NCBI GenBank assembly: GCA_900545215.1
Contig: UQXW01000001.1
Span: 61,794-125,793 of the forward strand
Direction: 5' to 3'
Length of the DNA: 64,000 nt
Origin: an uncultured Bacteroidota bacterium
GTDB lineage: Bacteria; Bacteroidota; Bacteroidia; Bacteroidales; P3
The notes under the pieces were generated by a model, which saw only the letters and a program-made list of their open reading frames with translations, was not told the origin of the DNA and searched no databases. A program made the position numbers and the translations under genes. Of the stretch, positions 39,342 to 48,866 are shown piece by piece. Each line of letters opens with the position of its first letter. Position 1 is the first letter of the stretch.

Positions 39342-40784
39342 ATGTCTGAATCATTAAAAAATAAGACCGTTAAAGGTACTGTTTGGAGTTCCTTGGATGC
39401 CTTTTTAGGGCAGGGGATAACCTTTCTTGTCGGACTTGTACTTGCTCGTCTCTTATCTCCGGAAGAATACGGTCTTATAGCGATAATAACCATATTTATC
39501 TCCGTATTCAACAGCATTGTCGACAGTGGGTTCAGTAATGCCTTGATAAGAAAACAAGATGCAACGGAGGTAGATTATAATACGGTTTTCTATACCAATC
39601 TCGTCATAAGCGCAGTTCTATCGACAGCACTCTTCTTCGGAGCTCCGTTGATAGCGGATTTTTTTGCAAGACCGCAACTGACACCTTTGACACAGGCGAT
39701 GTCATCTATTGTGGTGATAAATGCTTTCTCGATAGTTCAGAACATACGTCTTACAAAAAACATAGACTTTAAGACAAAAACCAAAGTATCACTGATTGCG
39801 TCCGTCGCCAGTGGCATTATCGGTATAGCAATGGCGTTTAGCGGCTTTGGCGTTTGGTCTTTGGTCGCTCAACAAATATCAAGGCAATTACTTAATTCTG
39901 TTTTTCTTTGGGTCTTCAACAAGTGGCTTCCGAAGTTGATTTTTTCTTGGAAGAGTTTCAAAGAGATGTTTGACTTTGGTTGGAAACTGCTTGTATCGGG
40001 ATTGATAAACACAATTTGGACGGAAATATACCAAGTAGTAATAGGTAAATTCTATCAGCCGCAAACATTGGGACAGTATACAAGGGCTCAGCAGTTCTCT
40101 TCAATATTTTCCAGCAATCTTACATCGATTATTCAAAGGGTAAGCTACCCTGTGTTGAGTCAGTTGCAAGATGATAAAGAAAGATTGAAATCAGGCTACA
40201 AGCGAATTATAAAAATAACAATGCTGGTGAGCTTCGTACTTATGCTCGGACTTGCAGCAATAGCCAAACCGATGATATTGGTTCTTATAGGAGCCAAGTG
40301 GTTACCGGCAGTTCCTTTTCTGCAAATATTGTGCTTTAACATGATGTTATACCCTCTGCATTCCATAAACTTGAATATGTTGCAAGTGCAAGGACGTAGC
40401 GATTTGTTCCTGAAACTTGAAATAGTGAAAAAAATGATCGGCGTATTGCCTTTGTGTTTGGGAATATTCGTGAATATATATTACATGTTGATAAGTAGCG
40501 TATTTGTAGGCTTTTTCTCCTATTACCTGAATGCTCGATATTCCGGACCATTCCTTAATTACAGCATAAAGGAACAAGTCAAAGATATAATCCCGGGCTT
40601 TTCAATAGCACTGTTAATGGCATTACCGGTGTACGCAATATCATACCTTCCGCTTAATCCGTTTGTTCTTTTGCCCATACAACTATTGGCAGGTTTGTTG
40701 ATAGTTCTTGCATTGTGTGAGAAAATCGGATTGGAAGAATATAAAGAAATCAAATCGATAGTATTAGGTTTGTTAAAGAAATAG
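39342..40784 (+). CDS. wzx: Wzx-type oligosaccharide flippase (MOP superfamily)
   Basis: 480 aa with ~12-14 TM segments and an N-terminal VWSSLDAFLGQGITFLVGLVLARLL typical of polysaccharide biosynthesis (Wzx) proteins. Confidence 0.8.
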   Translation: MSESLKNKTVKGTVWSSLDAFLGQGITFLVGLVLARLLSPEEYGLIAIITIFISVFNSIVDSGFSNALIRKQDATEVDYNTVFYTNLVISAVLSTALFFGAPLIADFFARPQLTPLTQAMSSIVVINAFSIVQNIRLTKNIDFKTKTKVSLIASVASGIIGIAMAFSGFGVWSLVAQQISRQLLNSVFLWVFNKWLPKLIFSWKSFKEMFDFGWKLLVSGLINTIWTEIYQVVIGKFYQPQTLGQYTRAQQFSSIFSSNLTSIIQRVSYPVLSQLQDDKERLKSGYKRIIKITMLVSFVLMLGLAAIAKPMILVLIGAKWLPAVPFLQILCFNMMLYPLHSINLNMLQVQGRSDLFLKLEIVKKMIGVLPLCLGIFVNIYYMLISSVFVGFFSYYLNARYSGPFLNYSIKEQVKDIIPGFSIALLMALPVYAISYLPLNPFVLLPIQLLAGLLIVLALCEKIGLEEYKEIKSIVLGLLKK

Positions 40785-40826
40785 CAAGTGTTACATGTGT
40801 AAAGAATTGACAAATGTAAATAAAAT

Positions 40827-40834
40827 GGGGGGGG
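40827..40834 (+). repeat. poly-G (G8) homopolymeric tract fused to an ATG, a candidate slipped-strand phase switch for the acyltransferase gene
   Basis: ATG at 40825 followed by G8. In the current state it reads atg ggg ggg gag aaa ctc caa cct TGA. With G7 it reads MGGRNSNLELYRIVAMF…, in frame with the acyltransferase ORF. Confidence 0.85.
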
Positions 40835-40852
40835 AGAAACTCCAACCTTGAA

Positions 40853-41893
40853 TTGTATCGCATTGTTGCAATGTTTTTGATAGTGTGCCATCACTATGTC
40901 GTAAATTCAGGTTTGACCTTAGGTTGTTTGAGTTCGGATTTCTCGAATGCTAATAATGTTTTTGCACAGCTATTTGGAGCGTGGGGCAAAACAGGAATAA
41001 ACTGCTTTATGCTTATTACAGGGTATTTTATGTGCAAATCGCATATCACCTTGCAAAAATTCCTGAAGTTGATGGGGCAGATTTATTTTTGGCGATTTGT
41101 CATTTTCTTTGTATTCTGCTTGTTCGGCGTAGAACAAGTATCTTCTACCGGATTGGTAAAATTGATAATTCCCATTCCTATGGTGGAAACAAACTTTACA
41201 AGTTGCTTTATACTCTTTTGGCTGTTTATTCCTTTCTTGAATATTTTGATAGAAAACTTGAACAGGAAAATGCACTTACGTTTGTTGGCATTGTGCTTAT
41301 TCATTTATTCGTTCCTATACTTTTTACCCAAAGTGCATGTGGTCTATAACTACGTCTCATGGTTTATTGTTCTTTATTTCATAGCATCGTATTTGCGATT
41401 GTACCCCATAAGAAAAGACTCAGATGCCAAATTTTGGTTTTTCGCAACAATGGTGAGTATCATCGCATCACTTTCAATGAGTATTGGGTACATGATATTA
41501 TCAGGAAAAGGATTATTATGGAGTTTCCTTGTTGATTCCAATGCACCTATGGCTGTTGTAGTGTCGATTTGTTCGTTTATGTGGTTCAAGAACATTAAAA
41601 TCAAGCAGAGTAAATGGATTAACCTCGTTGGAGCAAGTACGTTCGGAGTCTTATTGATACATGCTAACAGCGATGCAATGCGACAATGGCTTTGGGTTGA
41701 CACACTTCAAAACGTTAAATGGTTTTCTTCCGATTATTTCTTTCTCCACATGCTTATTTCAACGGTATCCATCTTTGTTATATGTATATTGTTGGACAGA
41801 TTGAGGATAATTTTTGTTGAGAGACCTATAATGAAAAGATATTCTAAATTGATAGAGAGGTGTTCAACAAGGATTGTTACCTCAAAATATTAG
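40853..41893 (+). CDS. acyltransferase-3 (OatA/WecH-like) family membrane O-acyltransferase; N-terminus currently out of frame with the upstream ATG
   Basis: LYRIVAMFLIVCHHY matches the family's N-terminal R/H motif; ~10 TM segments. The ORF as it stands starts at TTG 40853 or ATG 40871, and the natural ATG at 40825 is one nucleotide out of frame. Confidence 0.7.
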   Translation: MYRIVAMFLIVCHHYVVNSGLTLGCLSSDFSNANNVFAQLFGAWGKTGINCFMLITGYFMCKSHITLQKFLKLMGQIYFWRFVIFFVFCLFGVEQVSSTGLVKLIIPIPMVETNFTSCFILFWLFIPFLNILIENLNRKMHLRLLALCLFIYSFLYFLPKVHVVYNYVSWFIVLYFIASYLRLYPIRKDSDAKFWFFATMVSIIASLSMSIGYMILSGKGLLWSFLVDSNAPMAVVVSICSFMWFKNIKIKQSKWINLVGASTFGVLLIHANSDAMRQWLWVDTLQNVKWFSSDYFFLHMLISTVSIFVICILLDRLRIIFVERPIMKRYSKLIERCSTRIVTSKY

Positions 41894-41920
41894 CCCTTTC
41901 AACCGAAAAGCAAAACGCTT

Positions 41921-43036
41921 ATGGAAAAGCAAAAACAAATAACAGTAACCTCACCTTTGCTTCCCGATTTATCGGAACTTCATGTAATGATGCAGGAAAT
42001 TTGGGCAAGTAAATGGGTTACCAATAACGGACATTTTCATCACGAACTCGAAAAAGCACTTGCCGAGTACTTGAAAGTCCCGTACATAAGTCTTTTTACC
42101 AATGGCACATTACCCCTGATAACCGCATTGCAAGCCTTGCGGATAACAGGCGAAGTCATAACAAGCCCGTACAGTTTTGTTGCAACGACTCATGCCTTGT
42201 GGTGGAACGGAATAAAACCCGTTTTTGTTGATATAGACCCTGCAACATGCGGTTTGGATCCTGCAAAAATTGAAGCGGCAATCACTCCCAAAACCACCGC
42301 AATCATGCCGGTGCATTGTTACGGGAAACCATGCGATACCGAAGCCATTCAGCAGATAGCCGACAAATACGGATTGAGAGTAATCTATGATGCAGCTCAC
42401 GCTTTCGGCGTAGAATGCAATGGCGAAAGCATTTTGAAAGCTGGAGACATGAGTACCCTGAGTTTTCATGCCACCAAAGTGTATAACACACTTGAAGGAG
42501 GAGCCTTGGTTGTTCATGATGAAAAAACGAAACAACGTATAGACTATTTGAAAAACTTCGGATTCGCAGGAGAAACCGAGGTTGTCGCACCCGGAATAAA
42601 CTCCAAAGTAGATGAAGTCCGAGCAGCCTACGGATTATTGAACCTTAAACAAGTAGATAAAGCCATAGAAGCAAGGCGTAAAGTCGCACAACAATACAGA
42701 GAAGCCTTACGAAATATCGAAGGTATAAGCTTTTTCGATGACATGCAGGGAGTAAAACACAATTACAGTTACTTTCCTATATTCATAGACGCAGCAAAAT
42801 ATGGTAAAACACGAGATGAACTCTATTTCGAAATGAAAGAAAAAGGAGTCCTCGGTCGTCGTTACTTCTATCCGCTTATTTCAGACTTCTCGACATACAG
42901 AGGTTTGGAGTCTGCCGCCGCTGAAAACCTTCCTGTCGCCACAAAGATAGCCAAACAAGTAATCTGCCTGCCAATGCACCACGAACTGAAAGAAGAAGAT
43001 GTGGAGAGAGTGTTGGACTGTGTGAAGAGTGATTGA
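41921..43036 (+). CDS. DegT/DnrJ/EryC1/StrS-family sugar aminotransferase
   Basis: DAAHAFG and SFHATKVYNTLEGGALV (PLP-Lys) motifs; 371 aa. Confidence 0.9.
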   Translation: MEKQKQITVTSPLLPDLSELHVMMQEIWASKWVTNNGHFHHELEKALAEYLKVPYISLFTNGTLPLITALQALRITGEVITSPYSFVATTHALWWNGIKPVFVDIDPATCGLDPAKIEAAITPKTTAIMPVHCYGKPCDTEAIQQIADKYGLRVIYDAAHAFGVECNGESILKAGDMSTLSFHATKVYNTLEGGALVVHDEKTKQRIDYLKNFGFAGETEVVAPGINSKVDEVRAAYGLLNLKQVDKAIEARRKVAQQYREALRNIEGISFFDDMQGVKHNYSYFPIFIDAAKYGKTRDELYFEMKEKGVLGRRYFYPLISDFSTYRGLESAAAENLPVATKIAKQVICLPMHHELKEEDVERVLDCVKSD

Positions 43037-43054
43037 AATTATTATTGATTATCT

Positions 43055-44134
43055 ATGAAACAATTAGAAATACATGGTTACAAATCGATTAAGGATTTGG
43101 TTCTTCCGCTGAGAGAAATCAATATTCTGATTGGCGCAAACGGAAGCGGTAAGAGCAACTTGCTGTCATTCTTTGTATTTTTGAAAACTTTCTATAATAG
43201 AAATCTTCAAGAGTCTGTGGCTTTATCAGGAGGCATGGATAAGTTTTTGTATATGGGGCGTAAGATTACCTCTGAGATAAGTATAAAATTATTATTCCCG
43301 AATAATGCCTATTCTTTTACACTTGTTGCCGGTGAAGACGCTTTTGTGATAACCAAAGAGGGACTATGGTATGAGGCTAATCCGCACATGCCTAATCCTA
43401 TTGATATAGCATCTTTTTCCAAAGAGTCGGGATTACAATATGCCACGGTACCCCGCGCAGATTATATCCGTAATTATTTAAGTGAACTAAAGAAATATCA
43501 CTTTCATGATACGAGTAAGAACTCACCCTTTACAAAGGTGTCAAATGTAAAAACAGGAGGTCATTATTTGCTTCCGCAAGGAGAAAATTTGGCTGCTTTT
43601 CTATACACTGTTAGTCGGCAGACTCCAAAGAATTACAATTTGATTGTTCAGACTATACAAACCGTTGCCCCTTATTTCAGAGATTTTTATTTGAAACCTG
43701 ATGAGAATGGGAATTTGTCATTAAAATGGCAGGATAAATACAGCGAGAACATTTATGGAGCAACCGATTTATCAGATGGAACAATTCGTTTTATTGCCTT
43801 GACAACCTTATTTATGCAACCCCAATTACCGCAGACCATCATTTTGGATGAGCCGGAATTGGGACTTCACCCTGTAGCCATTGCCAAATTGAGCGGCATG
43901 ATAAAATCGGTTGCAGCCAAGGAGTGTCAAATCATTGTAGCAACGCAATCTACCGATTTGATCAGTTACTTTGATGCAGAGGATATTATTACAGTGGATC
44001 AAATTAATGGCGAAAGTATCTATAAGCGACTTTCTTCTGACGAGTTAGAAGATTGGTTGGAAGAATACACGATAGATGAACTGTGGAAACGGAATATGCT
44101 TCATAATGGGCAGCCGAATAATCAAGAGTTATGA
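43055..44134 (+). CDS. AAA_21/ABC-type (OLD/AbiLi/RloA-like) ATPase
   Basis: Walker A GANGSGKSN; signature-like LSDGTIRFIALTTLF; Walker B IILDEPELGLHP; H-loop ATQS. Confidence 0.8.
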   Translation: MKQLEIHGYKSIKDLVLPLREINILIGANGSGKSNLLSFFVFLKTFYNRNLQESVALSGGMDKFLYMGRKITSEISIKLLFPNNAYSFTLVAGEDAFVITKEGLWYEANPHMPNPIDIASFSKESGLQYATVPRADYIRNYLSELKKYHFHDTSKNSPFTKVSNVKTGGHYLLPQGENLAAFLYTVSRQTPKNYNLIVQTIQTVAPYFRDFYLKPDENGNLSLKWQDKYSENIYGATDLSDGTIRFIALTTLFMQPQLPQTIILDEPELGLHPVAIAKLSGMIKSVAAKECQIIVATQSTDLISYFDAEDIITVDQINGESIYKRLSSDELEDWLEEYTIDELWKRNMLHNGQPNNQEL

Positions 44135-44787
44135 GCAGAGTAATTGTTATTTGCGAAGGCGAAACCGAACGAGAATTTTGCCAAACGCTCCTTTTCGGAT
44201 ATTTTGCGAGCATTGGTAAATATATAGAAGCACCATTGATAAAGCGCTCGCATGGCGGAATCGTTCGTTGGGAAATATTGAAAAAGCAAATTGAAACAAC
44301 TCTACGCAAAGAACAAGATGCAATAGTAACACTGCTTATTGATTATTATGGGTTGCATGAAAAGCACTATTTTCCGGGGTGGGACGAAGCTGAAAAAATT
44401 ATAGATAAAATAAAACGTGTATCCTATCTGGAAGATACTATGAGGCAGGATATAGATGATAGTATTCGTTATCGTTTTATTCCTTACTTGCAGTTACATG
44501 AGTTTGAAGCTCTGCTTTTTTGTGATGCGGAGATATTTAAAAATATGATTCCCGAAAAAGAATTGATAGGTCTTCAGGAATTGCAGACCGTGATTGATAG
44601 TAATCCCAATCCCGAGTTAATTAACACAAGGAAAGAAAACACGCCCTCTCATAGATTGTCGCGTATAATAAAAGGTTATAATAAAATCGTTTACGGAAAT
44701 CTGATAGCTGAACGTATTGGTTTGTCAACCATGCGTTCAAAATGTCTTCGATTTAATAATTGGTTGAATGAATTGGAAAAAGCATAA
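44131..44787 (+). CDS. DUF4276/RloB-like protein (TOPRIM-like N-terminal CEGETE motif), partner of the upstream ATPase
   Basis: The start overlaps the ATPase stop (ATGA). N-terminal RVIVICEGETEREF and a later acidic LLIDYYG motif. Length is 218 aa. Confidence 0.65.
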   Translation: MSRVIVICEGETEREFCQTLLFGYFASIGKYIEAPLIKRSHGGIVRWEILKKQIETTLRKEQDAIVTLLIDYYGLHEKHYFPGWDEAEKIIDKIKRVSYLEDTMRQDIDDSIRYRFIPYLQLHEFEALLFCDAEIFKNMIPEKELIGLQELQTVIDSNPNPELINTRKENTPSHRLSRIIKGYNKIVYGNLIAERIGLSTMRSKCLRFNNWLNELEKA

Positions 44788-44909
44788 TTAACTTCAAAAC
44801 CATATTCCATAATCATTCTCTTTCCAACTATTTTTTTGTTCTGTTTTTGAGGTGCAGTTCAACTTGAAATAGAGAGAAACATAAATGCACTGCTAACCAT
44901 TGCTACTAT

Positions 44910-45030
44910 ATACCGTTCGGTGAAACGCCGTTCTGTTGAAAATAAAACGCCGATTGGCGACAGCGAAATGGCGAAACAGAAAATTAAAACGCCGATTTGG
45001 ATAGAATTTTTTCTCATCGTTGAGTTTGAG
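44910..45030. repeat. composite copy of the AAACGCCGTT-module dispersed repeat (copy 5), intergenic
   Basis: gtgaaacgccgttc…aaaacgccgattgg…aatggcgaaacagaaaatt…aaaacgccgatttgg…gaattttttctcatcg. The modules match copies 2 and 3 but are rearranged. Confidence 0.4.
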
Positions 45031-45100
45031 GATAGTAAATACAGACATTTGATGAGTGTATATAGTGCAACTTAATATGTGAAAATATGAAGAATTCGTT

Positions 45101-45126
45101 TTTGAGAACATTATATCATACATTTG
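45101..45126 (+). promoter_or_regulatory. candidate promoter TTTG-N14-TAcaTTTG
   Basis: TACATTTG at 45119-45126, 40 nt upstream of the ATP-grasp gene. The spacing is shorter than consensus. Confidence 0.3.
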
Positions 45127-45165
45127 TAGTCAAGAAGTATAATATAAAAACTTTTAGGGGGGTGG

Positions 45166-46185
45166 ATGCTTACCTCCATTTATGTAAATGATTATAAACA
45201 GAAAAAAGCATCATATCTCGCTATTGCCAAGGCTCACTTGGCAGGGTGGAGCTACTCGGATGAACGCATTTTGGGAGTAACAAATGCAAACAGAAAGCAT
45301 AATCTCTCGACAAGAGATTATTGTTCTCTTCATCCATTTAATGGTTCGTATAGTTTCTGGATTGATGATAAGTTGACCTTAAAATATATTCTGAGTGGGA
45401 CGAAAGCAGGTAAATATATGCCTGAATACTATTTTCAAATATCTGATAATGGCAGTATAATTCCACTGATGGACTTGGATGCGTGTTATGCTATGCAAGG
45501 TCTGGATGGTATTGTCTCTTTATTGGAAAGCAAAGGTACGCTTGCATTCAAATTGATAAAGAGTAGTTTAGGTGTAGGCTTCTACCGAGTGGAATACAAT
45601 GATGGGGTTTATTACATGAATGGCGAAAAAATGAATCGAGAGCAATTCATGTCAAAGATATGTTCACTTAGAAACTATATAGTTACGGAGTTTTTATTCC
45701 CACATCCCGAAATAGCGAAATTATGTGATAAGTCGGTCGGATGTTTACGTTATATAGTCGGTCGGAATAAAAAAGGTGAAATTCAAGACATATACTCTTT
45801 CATGCGTTTTGGAACAAGTAAATCTAAGTATGTGGAGAACTACAATTCAGGAGGAGTTTTGTCAATTATCCATGATGGGAAATATATAGGCGGAAATGTC
45901 TTGGATTTTGAAACCAATACAAATTGTAAGATAGAAAGACATCCTGATAACGACGTTGTGCTGAAAAGTGAAATTCCTCATTGGGATATAATAGTTCAGG
46001 CGGCACATGAGATTGCGGACGTTATGCCACAGTTGTCATATATGGGAATTGATTTTTGTATAACGAATACAGATAAGGTAAAAGTAATAGAGATAAATTC
46101 TCTTACCAGTTTGGATTCTTTGCAGACGGATATGTCTATTTTTGATACTTCTGCCGGTGTTTTCTTTCGTGAAAGATTAAGATGA
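45166..46185 (+). CDS. sugar-transfer-associated ATP-grasp (ATPgrasp_ST-like) protein
   Basis: 339 aa. The layout and motifs (…GVGFYRVEY…, C-terminal IEINSLTSLDSLQ) resemble ATP-grasp enzymes found in polysaccharide loci. Confidence 0.6.
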   Translation: MLTSIYVNDYKQKKASYLAIAKAHLAGWSYSDERILGVTNANRKHNLSTRDYCSLHPFNGSYSFWIDDKLTLKYILSGTKAGKYMPEYYFQISDNGSIIPLMDLDACYAMQGLDGIVSLLESKGTLAFKLIKSSLGVGFYRVEYNDGVYYMNGEKMNREQFMSKICSLRNYIVTEFLFPHPEIAKLCDKSVGCLRYIVGRNKKGEIQDIYSFMRFGTSKSKYVENYNSGGVLSIIHDGKYIGGNVLDFETNTNCKIERHPDNDVVLKSEIPHWDIIVQAAHEIADVMPQLSYMGIDFCITNTDKVKVIEINSLTSLDSLQTDMSIFDTSAGVFFRERLR

Positions 46186-46191
46186 TTTTGA

Positions 46192-47415
46192 ATGAAGCAA
46201 AAAACGATTTTACTGCTTGGCGGCTCTGCACAGCAGGTTGTGGCTATACAGGCAGCTAAAGAACTTGGGTATCGCACCGTATTGTGCGATTATCTCTCGG
46301 ATAATCCGGGGCAATATACTGCCGACAAATATTACAATAAGAGTACTACCGATGTTGAGGCAGTTTATGAGATAGCAAAGAGTGAGAAGGCAGATGGTAT
46401 TCTTGCATATGCCTCCGACCCTGCTGCGTTTCCTGCTGCCATTGTGGCAGAAAGGCTTGGTTTGCCGACCAATCCGGCGAAAAGTGTGGAAATACTTGGC
46501 TTGAAATACCCTTGGCGTCGTTTTTTGCATGATAACGGCTTTGCTTGCCCCAAGGTTTATTCGTTTAATCCGACTACCTCTATTGCGGAAATCCAAGAAA
46601 ATACAAAAGACTTTACGTTTCCTTTGGTTGTTAAGCCTACGGATTCCTCCGGTAGCAAGGGAGTAACCATGCTTGAGGATTGGAGAGGCATTGAAAGGGC
46701 TGTGGCATGGGCAGATACCTATTCAAGGAATAAAGTTTTACTTGTCGAGGAGTATATACAAAGAGGATTTCCTGCAGTAATCGGTGGAGATATTTTTGTT
46801 TGGAACGGGAAAATTGTATTGTACGGCATTATGGAATGCCTCAGAGACGTGCTCAGAAGCCCGTTAATCCCTATAGGGGAAAAAAAACCCTTAGAGATTA
46901 ATAAAATACAACAGGAACGAATATATGCGGAATTACAGAGGATTGTAACTGCACTTGACATTAACTGCGGAGAGTTAAATGTTGAAATAATTCTTGATAA
47001 GGAAGACAACGTACACTTTTTGGAATTGGGACCGCGTGCGGGAGGAAACATGATACCTATTCAGCTTGGTGATGCATTCGGAATAGATTTGGTGAAAGCT
47101 AATGTACAGGCGGCAATGGGTGAAAAGCCTGATTTTATAAATAAAGAGATAAAGGCTCTTCCCGGTTGTTACATGCACTATGTATTGCATAGCTATGAAG
47201 CAGGAATGTTTAAGGGTATTGAAATAGATGATAGCATTGCTTCGAATGTGTATAGACAGGTGATTTATAAGAAATACGGTGATAAAATTGAAGTATTTGA
47301 TGGAGCAGGAAAGGCTTTGGGCATAATCTTTTTGCATTTTGATAAAGTGGAACAAATGAATGCTTTCTGCGATAAGCACGATGAATTAGTCAGAGTGTTA
47401 TTGGAGAGTAAATAA
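46192..47415 (+). CDS. ATP-grasp domain enzyme (carboxylate-amine ligase type)
   Basis: An N-terminal pre-ATP-grasp domain (ILLLGGSAQQVVAIQAAKELGY); central FPLVVKPTDSSGSKGV; C-terminal FLELGPRAGGNMIP. Confidence 0.8.
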   Translation: MKQKTILLLGGSAQQVVAIQAAKELGYRTVLCDYLSDNPGQYTADKYYNKSTTDVEAVYEIAKSEKADGILAYASDPAAFPAAIVAERLGLPTNPAKSVEILGLKYPWRRFLHDNGFACPKVYSFNPTTSIAEIQENTKDFTFPLVVKPTDSSGSKGVTMLEDWRGIERAVAWADTYSRNKVLLVEEYIQRGFPAVIGGDIFVWNGKIVLYGIMECLRDVLRSPLIPIGEKKPLEINKIQQERIYAELQRIVTALDINCGELNVEIILDKEDNVHFLELGPRAGGNMIPIQLGDAFGIDLVKANVQAAMGEKPDFINKEIKALPGCYMHYVLHSYEAGMFKGIEIDDSIASNVYRQVIYKKYGDKIEVFDGAGKALGIIFLHFDKVEQMNAFCDKHDELVRVLLESK

Positions 47416-47422
47416 AAAACTT

Positions 47423-47869
47423 ATGGAAGAAATAAAACTTGAAAATGGCAAACTCTCATATATCTCGGTGATAGAGATTTTGAGGAAGTATTCGCCATTA
47501 TTTACCCCCCCCCTATCACAATCGCTTGATTTAGAGGAGTATTCTGCAAAGTTATTCAATAAGGCAAACTTTGTAATATACCGAGACCGAGGGGAGATTA
47601 AGGGGCTTATTGCATATTATAATAATAAGCAAAAGAACCAAGTGTATATTACGTTGATTTGTGTTGATGGGATATGCCAATCACACGGTATCGGCAGTAA
47701 AATGCTTGACCATCTTGTCGGACTTATCAATAGAACGAGAGGAGAGTTCGGCACCATAGCCTTGGAAGTAAACAAAAAGAACTATAAAGCTCTGCGTTTC
47801 TATACTAAACACGGCTTTATAAGGATAGAAGATCGTGGTGAGAAAGTCTTGATGGAGAAAATGTTGTAA
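47423..47869 (+). CDS. GNAT-family N-acetyltransferase (contains an in-frame C9 tract)
   Basis: GNAT motif A region QSHGIGSKMLDHLV and motif B NKKNYKALRFYTKHGF. Confidence 0.8.
   Translation: MEEIKLENGKLSYISVIEILRKYSPLFTPPLSQSLDLEEYSAKLFNKANFVIYRDRGEIKGLIAYYNNKQKNQVYITLICVDGICQSHGIGSKMLDHLVGLINRTRGEFGTIALEVNKKNYKALRFYTKHGFIRIEDRGEKVLMEKML
47505..47513 (+). repeat. poly-C (C9) homopolymeric tract inside the GNAT CDS (codons ~28-30, T-P-P)
   Basis: tttaCCCCCCCCCtatcac. It is in frame in this sequence, and a ±1 slip would truncate the enzyme. Confidence 0.85.
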
Positions 47870-47906
47870 AGACTTGTTTCTTGCTTCGATTTTGAAAAGA
47901 AGAAAT

Positions 47907-48866
47907 ATGAAGCAAGAAATAAAGATACAACCCATAGGCGGCTATTTTGAATTGGAGTTACCAACGTTTCCGGAGTATCATTCGCAGGCAATAGCACTTA
48001 ATAGCGGACGTTTTTGTTTGGAATATATACTGAGATGTAAGCAGTATAAGAAAATATATATACCGTATTATACCTGCGATTCCGTTTTGGAACCGATAGT
48101 AAAACTCGGTTTACCGTATGAGTTCTACCATATAACAGAAGAATACAAAATATCGGAAACGATTTCTCTTTCAAAAGGTGAAGTATTGTTATACACCAAC
48201 TATTGGAGATTACAGAATGATTACTGCGAGGAATTGGCAAAGCAATACGGAAAGCAGTTGATTTTTGACTGCACACAAGCCTTTTATTCCAAACCGATAA
48301 GAGGGATAGACGCTTTCTACAGTTGTAGAAAATTTTTCGGAGTTCCTGATGGAGGTTATCTTTATACCGATGTCAAGGCGAATTTTGAGATAGAACAAGA
48401 TGAATCATATACCAGAATGGATTCATTGATAAAGCGTATCGACCTTTCACCCGAAGCCGGTTACCAAGACTTTCACAAGGCAAGTGCAATGTTCCATGAT
48501 ATGCCTGTTCGGAAGATGTCCGAATTTACCAAGCGAATGATGCAAAGCATAGACTATGAACAAGCCGCCAAGCAACGTATATCAAATTACAACGCACTGC
48601 AACAAGCCCTTGGTGGCAGAGAATTATGCAGAGGAGAAGTCCCGATGATATTCCCCTACATATCGGAACAAGGGGCAATTCTTCGTAACCATCTGATACA
48701 ACACAAAATCTTTGTAGCCAAATATTGGCAAAACGTATTGGAATGGACAAAAGAAGATGCAGTGGAAACAACAATGGTAAATAATATACTCCCCCTCCCA
48801 ATCGATCAACGATATGGTAAGGAGGATATGGAAAGAATAATAGATTTGATAAAGATATGGAAGTAG
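47907..48866 (+). CDS. divergent DegT-like (aminotransferase-fold) protein, function unknown
   Basis: Weak DegT-family landmarks in the right order: DCTQAF (matching EDaAqA), SCRKFFGVPDGGYLYTD (matching SFHxxKxxxxGEGG), and a C-terminal ILPLPID. The start was chosen at the internal Met. Confidence 0.35.
   Translation: MKQEIKIQPIGGYFELELPTFPEYHSQAIALNSGRFCLEYILRCKQYKKIYIPYYTCDSVLEPIVKLGLPYEFYHITEEYKISETISLSKGEVLLYTNYWRLQNDYCEELAKQYGKQLIFDCTQAFYSKPIRGIDAFYSCRKFFGVPDGGYLYTDVKANFEIEQDESYTRMDSLIKRIDLSPEAGYQDFHKASAMFHDMPVRKMSEFTKRMMQSIDYEQAAKQRISNYNALQQALGGRELCRGEVPMIFPYISEQGAILRNHLIQHKIFVAKYWQNVLEWTKEDAVETTMVNNILPLPIDQRYGKEDMERIIDLIKIWK

Noticed and set aside
45147-45152. G6 tract just upstream of the ATG of the ATP-grasp gene at 45166
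   Set aside because: It is shorter than typical phase-variable tracts and lies outside the coding sequence. It may act as an RBS-like purine stretch. Not called.
46880-46887. A8 tract inside the ATP-grasp gene (encoding GEKKPL)
   Set aside because: Lys-codon A-runs are common in AT-rich genes. There is no positional hint of a switch.
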